Assembly: GCA_963816395.1 (NCBI GenBank)
Contig: CAWFKQ010000016.1
Location: 320,001 to 384,000, forward strand
Length of the DNA stretch: 64,000 nucleotides
DNA from: an uncultured delta proteobacterium
Lineage (GTDB): Bacteria > Desulfobacterota > Desulfuromonadia > Desulfuromonadales > JACZKF01
Direction: 5' to 3'
Under the pieces are notes generated by a model. It ran no database searches and had not been told where the DNA came from. It saw only the letters and a program-made list of their open reading frames with translations. Shown here in pieces: positions 21,052 to 31,625 of this stretch. Position 1 is the first letter of the stretch. Each line of letters begins with the position of its first letter. The translations under genes were made by a program, and so were the position numbers.

Positions 21052-21279
21052 ATGGCTTTTGATCTGAAAACCAAGCTTTGGCAGACCGGGGCCCTGGAAT
21101 GGTGGGGCTTCATTGACAACGAGGACGTGTTTCTCGGCAGCCGGGAGTTCCCCCTGCCGCCGGAGGAGGGGGATGAATGGACCGTGCGGGCCACCGGCGA
21201 GCGGTTCCGGATCATCGCCGGGGAGGTGCGGCGAATCGGTCGCGACGAGTCGCCGAAAGAACCATGGGAGAGCTGGTGA
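21052..21279 (+). CDS. small Trp-rich hypothetical protein (75 aa)
   Basis: AAGGAG RBS, stop overlaps next ATG. Confidence 0.75.
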   Translation: MAFDLKTKLWQTGALEWWGFIDNEDVFLGSREFPLPPEEGDEWTVRATGERFRIIAGEVRRIGRDESPKEPWESW

Positions 21280-21893
21280 TGGCCCTGGAGATCGTGCAGA
21301 TCCGGGCCGGGGAGATGGACAACTTCTCCTACCTGATCTTCTGTCCGGCGACCCGCCGGGGAATTGGCGTCGATCCCTCACTGGCGCCGGAGAATCTGCT
21401 GGCCGTCGCCCGGGAGCGGGGGATCGCGCTTGAGGTGCTGGTTAACACCCACGGCCACCGCGATCACACCGCCGGCAACCAGAGGATCATCCGGGAAACC
21501 GGCGCCCGGCTGGCCGGTCATCCGGACGATATCCCCGCTGCCGACCTGCCTTTGGGCGAAGGCAGCGTTTTGCCCGTCGGCGAAGGGCAGGTGGAAATTC
21601 TCCATACTCCCGGCCACACCCCTGGCTCGCTCACCCTGCATGCGCCCGGGAGCCTGATCACCGGCGACACCCTGTTCGTCACCTTCGTCGGCCGCGCCGA
21701 CCTGGCCGGCAGCGATCCGGCCGCCCTCTACCGCAGCCTGCGACGGCTGGCCGCGTTCCCGCCGGAGACCCGCATCTACCCCGGCCACGATTATGGCCCG
21801 CAGCCCGTCTCCACCGTGGGTTTCGAGCGGGAGCACAATCCCTACCTGCAATGTCCTGATCTGGAAAGTTTTCTGCGCCTGCGCCTGGGTTGA
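21279..21893 (+). CDS. MBL-fold hydrolase, glyoxalase II-like
   Basis: DNFSY, THGHRDH, HTPGHTPG, TGDTLF, YPGHDYG. Confidence 0.92.
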   Translation: MALEIVQIRAGEMDNFSYLIFCPATRRGIGVDPSLAPENLLAVARERGIALEVLVNTHGHRDHTAGNQRIIRETGARLAGHPDDIPAADLPLGEGSVLPVGEGQVEILHTPGHTPGSLTLHAPGSLITGDTLFVTFVGRADLAGSDPAALYRSLRRLAAFPPETRIYPGHDYGPQPVSTVGFEREHNPYLQCPDLESFLRLRLG

Positions 21894-21903
21894 GGCGAAC
21901 GTC

Positions 21904-23043
21904 TCAGGAGGTTTCTTGGGCCAGCGACTGGTCCGCCAGGCGGATCACCCGGGTGCCGGCCAGGCGGTCGTTCCAGCCGCGGCCCTGGCGGTCGAAGAAA
22001 ATCAGCAGAAAGCCGATTCCGGCCGGCAGCAGAGACAGCAGGCCGCCGGTGCTGCGCAGGAAAGCCTGGGAAAAGAGGAGGGACTCGCCGCCCTGGGCGG
22101 TCACCCGCAGGCCGAAGAGCATCTTGCCCGGGGTCTGGCCCAGGAGAAAATGAAATAAGGTGAAATAGCCGAAGCAGAGGCAGAAGAACACCAGAAAATA
22201 GGGAATCACCAGGTCGAGAAACGATTCGGCCAGAGGCTCGGTGCCGCCGAGGGCGAATTCTCCAGCGATCACGAAAAGGATGAAGAGGGCACCGAGGATC
22301 ACCAGGTCGGCCAGGCCAGCGGCGGCCCGTCTGGCCAGCGGGACCGGTTCCCGGAAAGGGGCGGCGGCCGCCTCGCTCTCTCCGGTTTCCCCGGTCGCCG
22401 GTTCGGCCGGCCAGACGCAATCCCCTTCCGGCCCTTCCGGGGAAGGTCCATCGGCAAGAGGGAAAACCGCCGGTTCGAACGCATCGAGAGAAGGCAGTTC
22501 GAATGGCTCCAAATCGCAGTCCTCGAGGCGGAGAGCTTCGGTTTCGCCGCTCGATCCGCTGCTGATTTCCTGTGGGAGAAACGGAAGGTCCGGCGGTGCG
22601 GTGTCGGTACTTTCGGCGGGGAGGGCCGAATCCACCCCGGCCGTCTTTTCCTCGGGCGGCATATTGGCTGGCAGCGCTCCCGAAATGCCCTCATCCGTTG
22701 CCGTGTGGGGCGGCCAGTTAAACAGCTCGGGCACCGCGGCATCGGCGGCGGCCGCGGCGGGGGCGAGGAGATCTTCCAGACGCAGTTCGCCCGGATCGCC
22801 GGTTTCCGGCGATTCCAGGAATTCAAACCCGAAATCGGCTGTTCCAGCGGCCGTCGGCTGCTGCGGGATCTTTTCCGGCTCTTCGGCGGAGAAAAGGCGG
22901 GCAGGCGACCCCGGCGGTCCGGTCTCGGCGGCGGGAAAACCGCGCAGGCCGAAGCGGGTTTTAAACTCGGTCAGATCGCTGCCGCATTTCCGGCAGCTCT
23001 GCAGGTGATCGAAGGTGTTGTAACCGCATTCAGGGCATTTCAT
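21904..23043 (-). CDS. RDD-family membrane protein with N-terminal zinc ribbon and acidic Pro-rich linker
   Basis: MKCPECG...CRKCG; RRAAAGLAD, GQTPGK, WNDRLAGTRV. Confidence 0.85.
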   Translation of the reverse strand: MKCPECGYNTFDHLQSCRKCGSDLTEFKTRFGLRGFPAAETGPPGSPARLFSAEEPEKIPQQPTAAGTADFGFEFLESPETGDPGELRLEDLLAPAAAAADAAVPELFNWPPHTATDEGISGALPANMPPEEKTAGVDSALPAESTDTAPPDLPFLPQEISSGSSGETEALRLEDCDLEPFELPSLDAFEPAVFPLADGPSPEGPEGDCVWPAEPATGETGESEAAAAPFREPVPLARRAAAGLADLVILGALFILFVIAGEFALGGTEPLAESFLDLVIPYFLVFFCLCFGYFTLFHFLLGQTPGKMLFGLRVTAQGGESLLFSQAFLRSTGGLLSLLPAGIGFLLIFFDRQGRGWNDRLAGTRVIRLADQSLAQETS

Positions 23044-23815
23044 GACTTTCCCTCCCAGACACAGCTGCGGACTCCTGAAGCGGAGAGAGGTCCAGGTCTC
23101 CGTACAGGAACTGCAGGATGCTTGCCGCGGCAAAGCCGGCGGTTTCACTGCGCAGAATGCGGGGGCCGAAGTGCACCGGCTGAAATCCGGCATTCCGGGC
23201 TGCTGCCGCTTCCGCTGGGGCGAAACCGCCTTCCGGGCCGACGAGGATGGCGGCGCTGGTCGGACGGATCCTGGGCAGCACTGCCGCCAGGGGACGACTT
23301 TCCGCTTCCCAGAGAAACAGCCGCAGTTCTTCCCGGCACTCGGCGAGGGCTGTGGGCAGGGGTCTGGGGGGTGCCAACCGGGGCAGGATGGGGCGCCGGC
23401 ATTGGCGGGCCGCCTCGCGGACGATCCGTTCCCAGCGCCGCCGGCGGGTTTCCTCGCGCTCGCCGGCAGGGGCCGGGATGCTGCGCTCGGTCAGCACCGG
23501 GACGAACGAGACAACCCCCAGTTCGGTCCCCTTCTGCAGGACCAGGTCCATCTTGTCGCTTTTGGGCAGGGACTGCAGGATGCTGATCGGGAAGGTCCTT
23601 TCCTCCTCCCGCCAGCAGGCCTGAAGGCGGGCGGTGCCGGCGCGCCGGCCGAGGCTGGTGACGAGACAGCGACAGACCGTCCCCTGGCCGTCCAGAAGCA
23701 GGATCTGCTCGCCCACGGGACGCCGCAGGACGGTTCCCAGGTGGTGCAGGACTTCCTCCGGCAGGGGGATTTCCTCGCCGGACAGGATCTCCGGGGGGAC
23801 GAAGAACCGCTGCAT
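23030..23815 (-). CDS. rsmE: 16S rRNA m3U1498 methyltransferase
   Basis: HHLGTVLR, QKGTELGV, EAARQCRR, VGPEGGF, ILRSETA. Confidence 0.95.
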   Translation of the reverse strand: MQRFFVPPEILSGEEIPLPEEVLHHLGTVLRRPVGEQILLLDGQGTVCRCLVTSLGRRAGTARLQACWREEERTFPISILQSLPKSDKMDLVLQKGTELGVVSFVPVLTERSIPAPAGEREETRRRRWERIVREAARQCRRPILPRLAPPRPLPTALAECREELRLFLWEAESRPLAAVLPRIRPTSAAILVGPEGGFAPAEAAAARNAGFQPVHFGPRILRSETAGFAAASILQFLYGDLDLSPLQESAAVSGRESHEMP

Positions 23816-24729
23816 TAGTTCTTCCGGTAGCGCAGGCAGGACCATTCGTCCTGTCTGCTGATCGCCGGACCGCACAGGGGCAGGGAGGCGAAGCCGGCCG
23901 CCACCATTGCCTCCTTCTCCCGCAGTATGCCGGAAAGGACGAGGGTGCCGCCGGCTGCCAGGCGGCCGGCCAGCTCGCCGGCCAGGCGGACATTCTCCTC
24001 CGCCAGGATGTTGGCCAGCACCACCTGAAAATCGCCCTCGAGGCTCTGCAGGGGACGGTCGGTCACCTCCACCCGGCTGGCCACCCCGTTCAGGGCGGCG
24101 TTCTCCCGGGCGGTGCGGCAGGCTTCCGGGTCGATGTCGCAGGCCAGCACCCGTTCGGCGCCGAGAGCGGCGGCGGCGATGGCCAGGATGCCCGAGCCGG
24201 TGCCGACGTCGAGAACGCGCCGCGGCGTGGCCTGGGCGAACAACTCGGCCAGGGTCTCCAGGCAGAGGCGGGTGGTGCCATGGGTGCCGGTACCGAAAGC
24301 CATGCCCGGATCGAGAGTCACCACGGCTTCGCCGGGGGCCGGGGCGTAGGCCTCCCAGGTCGGCTTGATGACCAGGCGGCCGAGGCGCAGCAGGCCGAAG
24401 TGCTGCTTCCACCCTTCCGCCCAGTCCTCCGTGCGCACCGGCAGGAAGTCTGCCGGCGTAGACGGCAGGCCTGGAATAAACGAGGCGAGATCGGCCAGCA
24501 GGGTGCTGAGGCTGTGGCGCAGTTCGGCGGGATTGTCTGGGCGGGGGAAGAATACTCGCAGGCTGCAGATGCCGGTAACCGGCTCATCGGGATCCGGGGG
24601 GATAAAGGTGTCGAGCTGTCGTTCCTCGACGATGACGCCGCTGCAGCCGAGGGCTGCCAGTTCCTGACAAACCAGATCGACGCCGGCGGCAGGCACCTGA
24701 AGACGGATTTCGAGCCAGTCCTGATCCAT
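23815..24729 (-). CDS. prmA: ribosomal protein L11 methyltransferase
   Basis: EDWAEGWK, LDPGMAFGTGTHGTT, LDVGTGSGILA, ANILA. Confidence 0.95.
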   Translation of the reverse strand: MDQDWLEIRLQVPAAGVDLVCQELAALGCSGVIVEERQLDTFIPPDPDEPVTGICSLRVFFPRPDNPAELRHSLSTLLADLASFIPGLPSTPADFLPVRTEDWAEGWKQHFGLLRLGRLVIKPTWEAYAPAPGEAVVTLDPGMAFGTGTHGTTRLCLETLAELFAQATPRRVLDVGTGSGILAIAAAALGAERVLACDIDPEACRTARENAALNGVASRVEVTDRPLQSLEGDFQVVLANILAEENVRLAGELAGRLAAGGTLVLSGILREKEAMVAAGFASLPLCGPAISRQDEWSCLRYRKN

Positions 24730-24945
24730 GCCGCCTGTTTAACAGAGAAATAGGGAGGAATGCAATAAAAACCTTGACAAAGCCTGGTGAATCAAGTCTA
24801 ATTTCGGCCTTGATTTAATGAGTATCTAACCTTGATGGTATTTTTAGCTGACTTTTCCATCGGTCGGGTGCTCCGGCAAAGATTAGAAAATTTCCTTGCG
24901 CATTAAAATAAACCTGCTACAATCCTAACGGATTTCTCATTAGTG

Positions 24946-25758
24946 ATGGTAACGCCCGTTCAGCAGCACGTTTTTCTCCTGTCCGATGCGACCGGGGAAA
25001 CCGTTGAAAAAATCGTCATGGCCGCTCTGACCCAGTTCGGGGATAAAAATGTGCGGCTCAAACGGATCGTCAACGTACGCACCAAGAATCAGATTTATGA
25101 AGCCCTGGACGAGGCCCTGGCTTCCCAGGCGCTGGTGGTTTACACCATGGTCAACCGGGAGCTGGCGCAGCTCGTCCATGATGAATGCGAATCTCTCGGC
25201 CTGCTCAGCATCGACCTGATTACTCCGCTGCTGATGCGGCTGTCGGAATTCGTCGGCCGCTCTCCCGGGGAAACGCCGGGTCTGCTGCACGGAATGGATG
25301 AAAGGTACTTCCGGCGGGTCGAGGCGGTGGAGTTCACCGTCAAGCACGATGACGGCCAGGAGGTGCGCAATCTGCAAAAGGCCGATCTGGTCCTGGTCGG
25401 GGTTTCCCGTACCAGCAAGACGCCGCTCTCGATCTATTTGGCGTATCGCGGCTGGAAGGTTGCCAACGTTCCCCTGGTGCAGGGGATCGAGCCGCCGGCC
25501 GAGTTGTTCCAGGTCGATCCGGGGCGGGTGGCCGGGCTGGTGATCGATCCCCAGCGCCTGCTCGAGCTGCGGGCCTCACGGTTGCGCAATCTCGGCCAGG
25601 ACCCCCGTGCCGCTTACGCCGATTTCGACAAAATCGAGGAAGAGCTCCGTTATTCCAAGCGCCTCTTCCGCAGACAGCCGTGGGTGGTGGTCGATGTCAC
25701 CGGCAAGGCGGTGGAAGAGACGGCCAACGAGATCCTGGTGAAGCTCAAGCTCAAGTAA
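24946..25758 (+). CDS. PEP synthetase/PPDK regulatory kinase-pyrophosphorylase (PSRP, DUF299)
   Basis: [46 protein letters not shown]. Confidence 0.93.
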   Translation: MVTPVQQHVFLLSDATGETVEKIVMAALTQFGDKNVRLKRIVNVRTKNQIYEALDEALASQALVVYTMVNRELAQLVHDECESLGLLSIDLITPLLMRLSEFVGRSPGETPGLLHGMDERYFRRVEAVEFTVKHDDGQEVRNLQKADLVLVGVSRTSKTPLSIYLAYRGWKVANVPLVQGIEPPAELFQVDPGRVAGLVIDPQRLLELRASRLRNLGQDPRAAYADFDKIEEELRYSKRLFRRQPWVVVDVTGKAVEETANEILVKLKLK

Positions 25759-25814
25759 GGCTGCATCGAATTGCAGGAAAACGATAGCACTTAAGGAAGA
25801 AAGGGGAAAACGCG

Positions 25815-26492
25815 ATGAGCAACCGAATACTGGTGGTTGAAGATGAAAAAAAAGTGGCCAGCTTCATCAAGCGGGGGTTGGAAGAGGAAGATTTTACCGT
25901 CGATGTGGCCTATGATGGGGAGGAAGGTCTCTATATGGGGGAAAACAATCCCTATGACCTGATCCTGATGGATGTCATGCTGCCGAAGATGGATGGCCTG
26001 GCGGTAGTCAAGGAACTTCGCAAGAAGGAGGTCAACACCCCGGTTCTCTGTCTGACTGCCAAGGATGCGGTGGAGGACATCGTCTCTGGCCTGGATGCCG
26101 GCAGCGACGATTACCTGACCAAACCTTTCGCCTTTGCCGAGTTGCTGGCACGGGTGCGCTCCCTGCTGCGGCGCGGGCAGAAGGACCGTGGCGCCGAGAT
26201 CCGTTTCGCCGATCTGCGTCTCGATCCGGTGGGGCACAAGGTGTGGCGGGGGGACAAGGAGATCGAGCTGACCGCCAAGGAATACGCCCTGATGGAGTAT
26301 TTCATGCGCAATCCCAACCAGATCCTGACCCGGACCATGATCGCCGAGCATGTCTGGGATTACACCTTCGACTCCTTCACCAACATAATCGACGTCTATG
26401 TCAACTACCTGCGTAAGAAGGTTGACCGGGATTATGACAAGAAACTCATCCATACGGTTCGCGGCGTCGGCTATGTCCTGAAGGAGGACTGA
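25815..26492 (+). CDS. OmpR-family response regulator (CusR/CopR-like)
   Basis: ILVVED, DVMLP, DDYLTKPF, IDVYVNYLRKK, HTVRGVGY. Confidence 0.93.
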   Translation: MSNRILVVEDEKKVASFIKRGLEEEDFTVDVAYDGEEGLYMGENNPYDLILMDVMLPKMDGLAVVKELRKKEVNTPVLCLTAKDAVEDIVSGLDAGSDDYLTKPFAFAELLARVRSLLRRGQKDRGAEIRFADLRLDPVGHKVWRGDKEIELTAKEYALMEYFMRNPNQILTRTMIAEHVWDYTFDSFTNIIDVYVNYLRKKVDRDYDKKLIHTVRGVGYVLKED

Positions 26493-26493
26493 C

Positions 26494-27957
26494 TTGTTCT
26501 ACCGTTCCATCCGCTTCCGTCTCGCCCTCTGCTATGCGCTCACCCTGGCCGTCATTATGGCGGCCAGCGGTGTTTTCTGGCATCACTATCTTTCCCGCAA
26601 TCTGCTCGAGAGTATCGACGAAAAATTATTGATGGTTGCCGAGGATATCCGGTTTTTCCATCGCAGTCAGGCGGCTTTGCCCGCGGAACATTGCCCCGGG
26701 CTGGAGGAGTTCGTTCGCCGCCACGGCTGGACAGAGTTCGTGCAGATCCTTGACGAAAACGGACGCCTCGCCTGTCTGAGCGAGAACCTGGAGGGGGTTG
26801 GTCTGCCCCTGAGCAAGGCGGCGCTGCAGCACATTCACCAGGGAACGATCTATCTGGAGACGGTGGATGGGCGGCATGGGCACCCGGTGCGCCTGTTGAC
26901 CATGCCGGTGCTGGAAAACGGTCGGCCGGTCGACATCGTCCAGGTGGGGGAAGTCCTGGCCGACAAGGACCACATCCTGGAGGATTTCCGTCTGACCATG
27001 TACATCTTCGGCCCTCTGGCGCTGCTGATCCTCTCCCTGGTCGGCTGGTATCTGGCCGGCCGCGCCCTTTCGCCGATGGTGCGCATGGCCCGGGTGGCAC
27101 GGCAGATCACGGCGGAGAACCTGAACCTGCGTCTGCCGGTGGAACATACCGGGGACGAAATCGCCCAACTGGCGGAGAACTGCAATGCCATGCTCGCCCG
27201 CCTGGAGAAATCCTTCCGCAAGGTCAGGCAGTTCTCCGGTGATGCCTCGCACGAACTGCGCACCCCGCTGGCCATTCTTCGCGGGGAAACCGAGGTGGCC
27301 CTGCGCTGGGCGCGCGATACCGAGGAGTATCGGCGGACCCTCGAGTCCAACCTGGAGGAAATCAGCCGCATGGGACGAATCATCGAGGACCTGTTGACTC
27401 TGGCGAAAAGCGATGCCGGCGAATTGCCCCTGGAGATCCGGGAACTCAGTCTCAGCGATCTGCTGCAGGAACTCTACCTGCAGGGGAATACCCTCGGGGA
27501 AAGTAAATCGGTCGGCGTCACCCTGCATCTGGAGGTCGCCGAGGAAATCCGCATTCGCGGGGATGAACTGCGACTGCGGCAGATGTTTCTTAACCTCATC
27601 GCCAATGGCATAAAATATACCCAAGCCGGCGGCCGGGTGGAGATCGCCCTGGCCCTGCAGGACGATCAGGCGGTGGTCAGGGTGACCGATACCGGCATCG
27701 GTATTCCCGCCGAACATATCCCCCATATCTTCGATCGCTTCTATCGCATCGACAAGGCGCGCAACCGCGACGACGGCGGGTCCGGCCTGGGTTTGGCGAT
27801 CAGCAAGGGGATCATCGAGGCGCATGCCGGGCGCATTACCGTCGATTCCGTCCCCGGCAAGGGAAGCACCTTCACTGTCTACCTGCCGCTGTTGAGGCCA
27901 TCGCAGAGCCGCCACCGGCCTACGGACACCGAGTTGCCGACCGGCTCTGGTGTCTGA
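26494..27957 (+). CDS. HAMP sensor histidine kinase (CusS-like)
   Basis: two TM segments, DASHELRTPL, NLIANGIKY, DTGIG, FDRFYR, GSGLGL. Confidence 0.92.
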   Translation: MFYRSIRFRLALCYALTLAVIMAASGVFWHHYLSRNLLESIDEKLLMVAEDIRFFHRSQAALPAEHCPGLEEFVRRHGWTEFVQILDENGRLACLSENLEGVGLPLSKAALQHIHQGTIYLETVDGRHGHPVRLLTMPVLENGRPVDIVQVGEVLADKDHILEDFRLTMYIFGPLALLILSLVGWYLAGRALSPMVRMARVARQITAENLNLRLPVEHTGDEIAQLAENCNAMLARLEKSFRKVRQFSGDASHELRTPLAILRGETEVALRWARDTEEYRRTLESNLEEISRMGRIIEDLLTLAKSDAGELPLEIRELSLSDLLQELYLQGNTLGESKSVGVTLHLEVAEEIRIRGDELRLRQMFLNLIANGIKYTQAGGRVEIALALQDDQAVVRVTDTGIGIPAEHIPHIFDRFYRIDKARNRDDGGSGLGLAISKGIIEAHAGRITVDSVPGKGSTFTVYLPLLRPSQSRHRPTDTELPTGSGV

Positions 27958-28063
27958 CCAAGCGGGACCCCAGGTAAATATCTCCCATTAATAATCAGCA
28001 CCCGGGCTTCCAGGCCGGTGCGGGCATGGTAAAATTGCCGCATCCTTGCGCATCGGAGGGTCC

Positions 28064-29680
28064 ATGGAACCTTTCCGCCCCCGCCCCGTCTACCTGGCCG
28101 ATTCCTTCATGTGCCCGGTCGGCCGCTATGACGGCCGGCATCGGGAGTCCCGTTCCTTTCTCGCCCTGGCTGGCGAGGTCAACCGGATGCTCGATCGGGG
28201 GGACGCGCCGCGGGAGCGCATCGACTGTGTGGTGGTCGGCAGCCAGAACCCCTTCGCCTTCTCCGGGACGGACAATGTGGCGGCCAAGATCGCCGGTATT
28301 CTCGGCATCAGCGGCGCCAAATCGCTGCTGGTGGATACCGCCTCCTCCTCGGGGGCGACCGCCCTGGAGACCGCCTACATGGAAATCGCCGCCGGCCGCC
28401 ACGAGCGGGTGCTGGCGATCGGTGTGCAGAAGATGAGCGATCTGCCCACCGCCGAGGCGGTCAAGGTGGTGGCAGGGGTCATCGATCGCGAGGAGGCGGA
28501 GTTCGGCCTGACCATGCCGGCCTGCGGCGCCCTGGTGGCGGGCGCCCTGATGCGGGAATTCGGCCTGGATGCGGAGTCCTGGGCCGGCTACGCGGCCCGC
28601 CTGACCGAGCGCTCGCACCGCTTTGCCGCCGTCAATCCGGACGCTCACCTGGCCTGGGAGCTGCCGGCGGGGAAATATCTGGCGGATCGCCGGTCGGGGG
28701 GGAATTACCTCTACTACGATCCGCTGCGTTATTACGACTTCTGCCCCATGTCCGACGGGGTGGCGGCCTGTCTGCTCACCGCCGCTGAGGCGCCGGTGCA
28801 GGTGACCGGGGTCGGCGCCGGCACCGACATCCCGACCATTGCCGACCGCCGGCAATTGACCAGTTTCCCGGCGACGGTGATCGCCCTGCGCTATGCGCTG
28901 GGGATGGCCGGCCTGGCGGACCTGGAGGCGCTGGCGGGGAAGGTGCACATCAACATGCACGACCCGTTCGTCAGCTTCGGCCCGGTCAACCTGGCGGATC
29001 TGGGGATCGCCCCGCGCGAGTGGATGCTGGAAGGGTTGCTCGACGACAGCCTGACCGGTCCGCACGGGCGCTTCCCAACCAATCTCACCGGCGGGCTGCG
29101 CGGGCGCGGCCATCCCCTGGGCGCCACCGGCATGATCCAGGTGGTGGAAAACCACCGGCTGATCCGGGAAGGGCGCTTTGCCGCCGGTCTCTCCCATTCC
29201 ATCGGCGGTCCCATCAACAACAACGTGGTCATCCTGCTGGAGGCCACCGGCCACTACCAGGGGCGCGAGAATACTCCTTATCGCCCGTCCGCTCTCCCCC
29301 GGCTTTCCCAACTCAAGCCCCCGCAGGTCACCCTGCAGTCGCTGTTCGCCGAGCGCAGCCGCATCGCCGCCCGCCTGGTGGCGGTTACCTCCCGGCATCA
29401 TCCGCAAACCGGCCTCTCCCTGGGCACCCTCCTGCTCTTTGCCGCGCCGCTCCGGGGGCGCACCTGCCGTTTCCTGGTCGCCATCGAGCCGGCGGCGCGG
29501 GAAGCCCTGGACGGCCTGCAGCCCGGGGACCGCATCCGCCTGGAAAAAACCGGCGATCAGCTCACGGTCAACGAAGTGCCGGTCCGCCGCTTCTACCGCA
29601 AGACCCTGGAGGGGATCGTCGACCTGGCGGATTCGGCGCTGCGGCGGCTGCGCCGAGGGCGCCAAGGGCGCCGGGAATGA
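28064..29680 (+). CDS. SCP2-type thiolase-superfamily protein with C-terminal extension
   Basis: DTASSSG, YDPLRYYDFCPMSDG, MHDPF, NLTGGL, GHPLGATG. Confidence 0.85.
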   Translation: MEPFRPRPVYLADSFMCPVGRYDGRHRESRSFLALAGEVNRMLDRGDAPRERIDCVVVGSQNPFAFSGTDNVAAKIAGILGISGAKSLLVDTASSSGATALETAYMEIAAGRHERVLAIGVQKMSDLPTAEAVKVVAGVIDREEAEFGLTMPACGALVAGALMREFGLDAESWAGYAARLTERSHRFAAVNPDAHLAWELPAGKYLADRRSGGNYLYYDPLRYYDFCPMSDGVAACLLTAAEAPVQVTGVGAGTDIPTIADRRQLTSFPATVIALRYALGMAGLADLEALAGKVHINMHDPFVSFGPVNLADLGIAPREWMLEGLLDDSLTGPHGRFPTNLTGGLRGRGHPLGATGMIQVVENHRLIREGRFAAGLSHSIGGPINNNVVILLEATGHYQGRENTPYRPSALPRLSQLKPPQVTLQSLFAERSRIAARLVAVTSRHHPQTGLSLGTLLLFAAPLRGRTCRFLVAIEPAAREALDGLQPGDRIRLEKTGDQLTVNEVPVRRFYRKTLEGIVDLADSALRRLRRGRQGRRE

Positions 29681-30705
29681 GGTCGGTCTTCTACCCGCGC
29701 CTGGTCAACGGCCCCTTCGGCGACCCGGCCCTCTATGTGCGGGTGGCGCATCGGGGCGAGGCCCTGCTGTTCGACTGCGGCGACCTGCATCCCCTGCCGG
29801 CACGCGATCTGCTCAAGCTGCGGGCGGTTTTCGTCTCCCATTGTCATATCGACCACCTGGCCGGTTTCGATCTTCTGCTGCGCCATTTTCTCTATCGCCA
29901 ACTGCCCCTTTGCCTGTACGGTCCGCCCGGCTTCGGCGAGCATCTCGCCCACAAGCTGGCCGGGTACACCTGGAATCTGATCGGCGGGTATCCGCTGATC
30001 CTGACGGTGCGGGAGTGGGGAGAGAGGGAAGGGCGGGAGACCACCTTTCGGGCCGGCGATGCTTTTCGCCCGAGCGATGTGCGCAGCGTCCCCTGCCCGG
30101 AAGGGGTGCTCCTGGACACCCCCGATTTCCGGGTGCGGGCGGTCCCTCTGGAACACGGCGGCATCCTTTCCCTGGCCTTCGCCCTGGAGGAGACGCTGCA
30201 CGTCGCCATCCATCGGGATGCCCTCGACGCCGAAGGCTACCAGCCGGGTCCCTGGCTGACCGAGATGAAAAAACTGCTGCGCCGCGCCGCGCCGCCGACT
30301 ACCCCGGTGGCCGTGTCGCTGACCGGCGGCGGCCAGCGACTCCTGCCGCTGATGCCTTTGGCGGAGCGCATTGCCCACGTCGAGCGGGGAATGAAGATCG
30401 TCTATGTCACCGACACCGCTCCCACGGCGGGAAACGCCAAGCGCATTCTCGCCCTGGCCGCCGATGCCCACCTGCTCGCCATCGAAGCCACCTTCTCCCA
30501 CCGCGACCTGCACCGCGCCCGCGAGCGCAGCCATCTGACCGCCTGGCTGGCCGGCTCCCTGGCCCGCCGCGCCGGCGCCGCCCGGCTGCTGGTCTTCCAT
30601 CATTCCCCCCGCTATCAGGACCAGCCGGAGCGGTTGGCCGAAGAGGCCAGGCGGGCCTTCGCCGGAGACGAGCCGGAGAACGCTGCCGGCTATCCGGGGG
30701 TCTGA
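29677..30705 (+). CDS. RNase Z-like MBL-fold metallohydrolase
   Basis: LLFDCGD, SHCHIDH, YVTD, IEATF, HLTA, FHHSPRY; ATGA overlap with upstream gene. Confidence 0.85.
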   Translation: MRSVFYPRLVNGPFGDPALYVRVAHRGEALLFDCGDLHPLPARDLLKLRAVFVSHCHIDHLAGFDLLLRHFLYRQLPLCLYGPPGFGEHLAHKLAGYTWNLIGGYPLILTVREWGEREGRETTFRAGDAFRPSDVRSVPCPEGVLLDTPDFRVRAVPLEHGGILSLAFALEETLHVAIHRDALDAEGYQPGPWLTEMKKLLRRAAPPTTPVAVSLTGGGQRLLPLMPLAERIAHVERGMKIVYVTDTAPTAGNAKRILALAADAHLLAIEATFSHRDLHRARERSHLTAWLAGSLARRAGAARLLVFHHSPRYQDQPERLAEEARRAFAGDEPENAAGYPGV

Positions 30706-30810
30706 AGGGGCCTTCGCCGAAGATGCGGAGAGCCGCTGAAAGAGCCGCTGCTCTTGCAATCGCCGCCGTCCCTGGTATGGGAATCGTGAGGTATGGCAGG
30801 GGAGGCGCGT

Positions 30811-31551
30811 ATGGGAGAGGTCCGCATCGGCACCTCCGGCTGGGTCTACCCGCACTGGAAGGGGACCTATTATCCGGAGGAATTGCCGCAGAAAGACTGG
30901 TTCGGGCACTACGCCCGCGATTTCGACACGGTGGAGATCAACAATACTTTCTACCGGCTGCCCAAGGCCGAGACCTTCGAGCACTGGGGGGAAGTGGCGC
31001 CATCCGGTTTTCTCTACACCTTCAAGGCCAGCCGCTACATCACCCATATCAAACGCCTGCTCGAACCCGCCCAGTCCCTGGAGAAATTCCTCTCCCGCAT
31101 CCGGCTGGCGGGGCCGGCCCTCGGTCCTCTCCTCTACCAGCTGCCGCCGCGCTGGCAGGCCGATCCGGAGCGGCTGGAAGCCTTCCTGCAGGAGCTGCCG
31201 GCGGAGCTGACCAGTGTCTTCGAGTTCCGCGACGATTCCTGGCACCGGGAGCCGGTCCGGCAGTTGCTCAGCCGTTACGGCGTCGCCTTCTGCATCCATG
31301 ATCACGGCACGGTGGATTGCCCCGAATGGGTGACCGCCGGCACAGTCTACCTGCGCTTTCACGGCTCATCCGAGGCCCCCTACAGCGGCAGCTATTCCGA
31401 TGCTTTTCTCAAACGGCAGGCGCGGCGGATCGCCGCCTGGAGGAAGGAGGGGAAAGATGTCTTCGCCTATTTCAATAACGACGTCGGCGGCCACGCCGTG
31501 CGCAACGCGCTGACGCTCAAGGGAATGCTTGGCGAAACTGCAAGTAAGTAG
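30811..31551 (+). CDS. DUF72 family protein
   Basis: RIGTSGW.Y.HW.G.YYP, TVEINNTFY, YQLPP, YLRFHG, YFNND. Confidence 0.92.
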   Translation: MGEVRIGTSGWVYPHWKGTYYPEELPQKDWFGHYARDFDTVEINNTFYRLPKAETFEHWGEVAPSGFLYTFKASRYITHIKRLLEPAQSLEKFLSRIRLAGPALGPLLYQLPPRWQADPERLEAFLQELPAELTSVFEFRDDSWHREPVRQLLSRYGVAFCIHDHGTVDCPEWVTAGTVYLRFHGSSEAPYSGSYSDAFLKRQARRIAAWRKEGKDVFAYFNNDVGGHAVRNALTLKGMLGETASK

Positions 31552-31625
31552 TGAGGTAGTGAAGAGAGTAAGTAGAGGTAGCGAGGTAGTGAAGATCTTA
31601 CTACTTACTATCTCACTACCTCACT
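31548..31625. repeat. GTAGTGAGG-type nonamer inverted-repeat element
   Basis: gtagtgaggtagtga...gtagcgaggtagtga / ctacttactatctcactacctcac between convergent genes. Confidence 0.7.

Noticed and set aside
23816..24412. N-terminal extension on rsmE ORF
   Set aside because: Alternate frame of prmA; RsmE homology starts at 23815.
25815..27957. Heavy-metal resistance locus
   Set aside because: Only a CusRS-like pair; no efflux or metal-binding genes nearby, so the signal cannot be assigned.
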